From contig CM059452.1 in assembly GCA_030390025.1 (NCBI GenBank), positions 16,616,001 through 16,649,592 of the forward strand: 33,592 nt of DNA, given 5' to 3'. This document shows, piece by piece, positions 33,342-33,592 of the stretch. How positions within the stretch are numbered: the first letter of the stretch is position 1; each line of letters begins with the position of its first letter. The translations under genes were made by a program, and so were the position numbers. Source of the DNA: Squalus acanthias (lineage: Eukaryota). A model generated the notes under the pieces. That model saw only the letters and a list, made by a program, of their open reading frames with translations, had not been told where the DNA came from and did no database searches.

Positions 33342-33388
33342 TAACTTACCTGACGAAGGAGCGATAGCTCCGAAAGCTTGTAAAATTA
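33342..33388 (+). ncRNA. Minimal type-I hammerhead ribozyme motif
   Basis: taac-TTAC-CTGACGA-A-GGAGC-gata-GCTCC-GAA-AGCT-T-GTAA-aatta: both core boxes, a 5-bp stem II, a palindromic AGCT in place of stem III, and a TTAC/GTAA stem I. This is the architecture known from PLE hammerheads. Confidence 0.8.
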
Positions 33389-33592
33389 AATAAATCTGTT
33401 GGACTATAACCTGGTGTTGTGCGACTTCTCATTATTGTCAATGAGGACAGTTTATATACAAATCTACCCAGCAACAGTACTGGAGTCAAATTTCATGTTT
33501 TAGTTGTGTAACTGTCTGTTACTTTTCACATCTCTGAGGAAAGGAAATATATCCAAAGTCTCAGACACCATGTCAGCTGGAGGATCTGTCCA

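Larger units (their letters stand above)
32776..33432 (+). mobile_element. Truncated Penelope-like retroelement with inverted pseudo-LTR arms
   Basis: The central fragment encodes HSASDLRVRVLQGGLRDTRQRKIIEQKLIAKFRTHEDGLNRDIGFMSRYRT* (to 33133), the C-terminal part of a PLE GIY-YIG endonuclease (R...E..LI....T...GLN). Inverted repeats at 32811-32979 and 33271-33439 have one mismatch. Direct repeat TATTGTCAATGAGG at 32762-32775 and 33433-33446. Confidence 0.9.

Noticed and set aside
33340-33420. JH segment ending in CAG|GTAAGT
   Set aside because: No WGxG or TVT motif and no RSS; the sequence is the Penelope arm.

Overview
This is vertebrate genomic DNA, almost certainly from a cartilaginous fish (shark or ray). 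The only recognisable gene is a decayed immunoglobulin mu (IgM) heavy-chain constant region on the minus strand. It consists of CH1 (26296-25997), a CH3-like exon (20726-20418) and CH4 plus secretory tailpiece (19922-19534), and each exon carries stops or frameshifts. No CH2, JH, VH or TM exon could be found in the window. The rest is mostly repeats. Bases 1-16913 are a 52-bp minisatellite with multi-kb higher-order duplications. Bases 22424-25917 are a 38-bp minisatellite that is visibly a tandem amplification of the CR1 LINE ORF2 motif HLEYC(V/A)QFWSPY and sits where CH2 would be expected. There are also five CR1 LINE fragments, two tRNA-derived Deu-type SINE pieces and a 67-bp dispersed tandem repeat. 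A young Penelope-like element (32776-33432) has 169-bp inverted arms, each holding a minimal hammerhead ribozyme, and a 14-bp target-site duplication. The dense ORF track over the arrays is a repeat artefact. Family assignments rest on recalled consensus motifs, not database searches.
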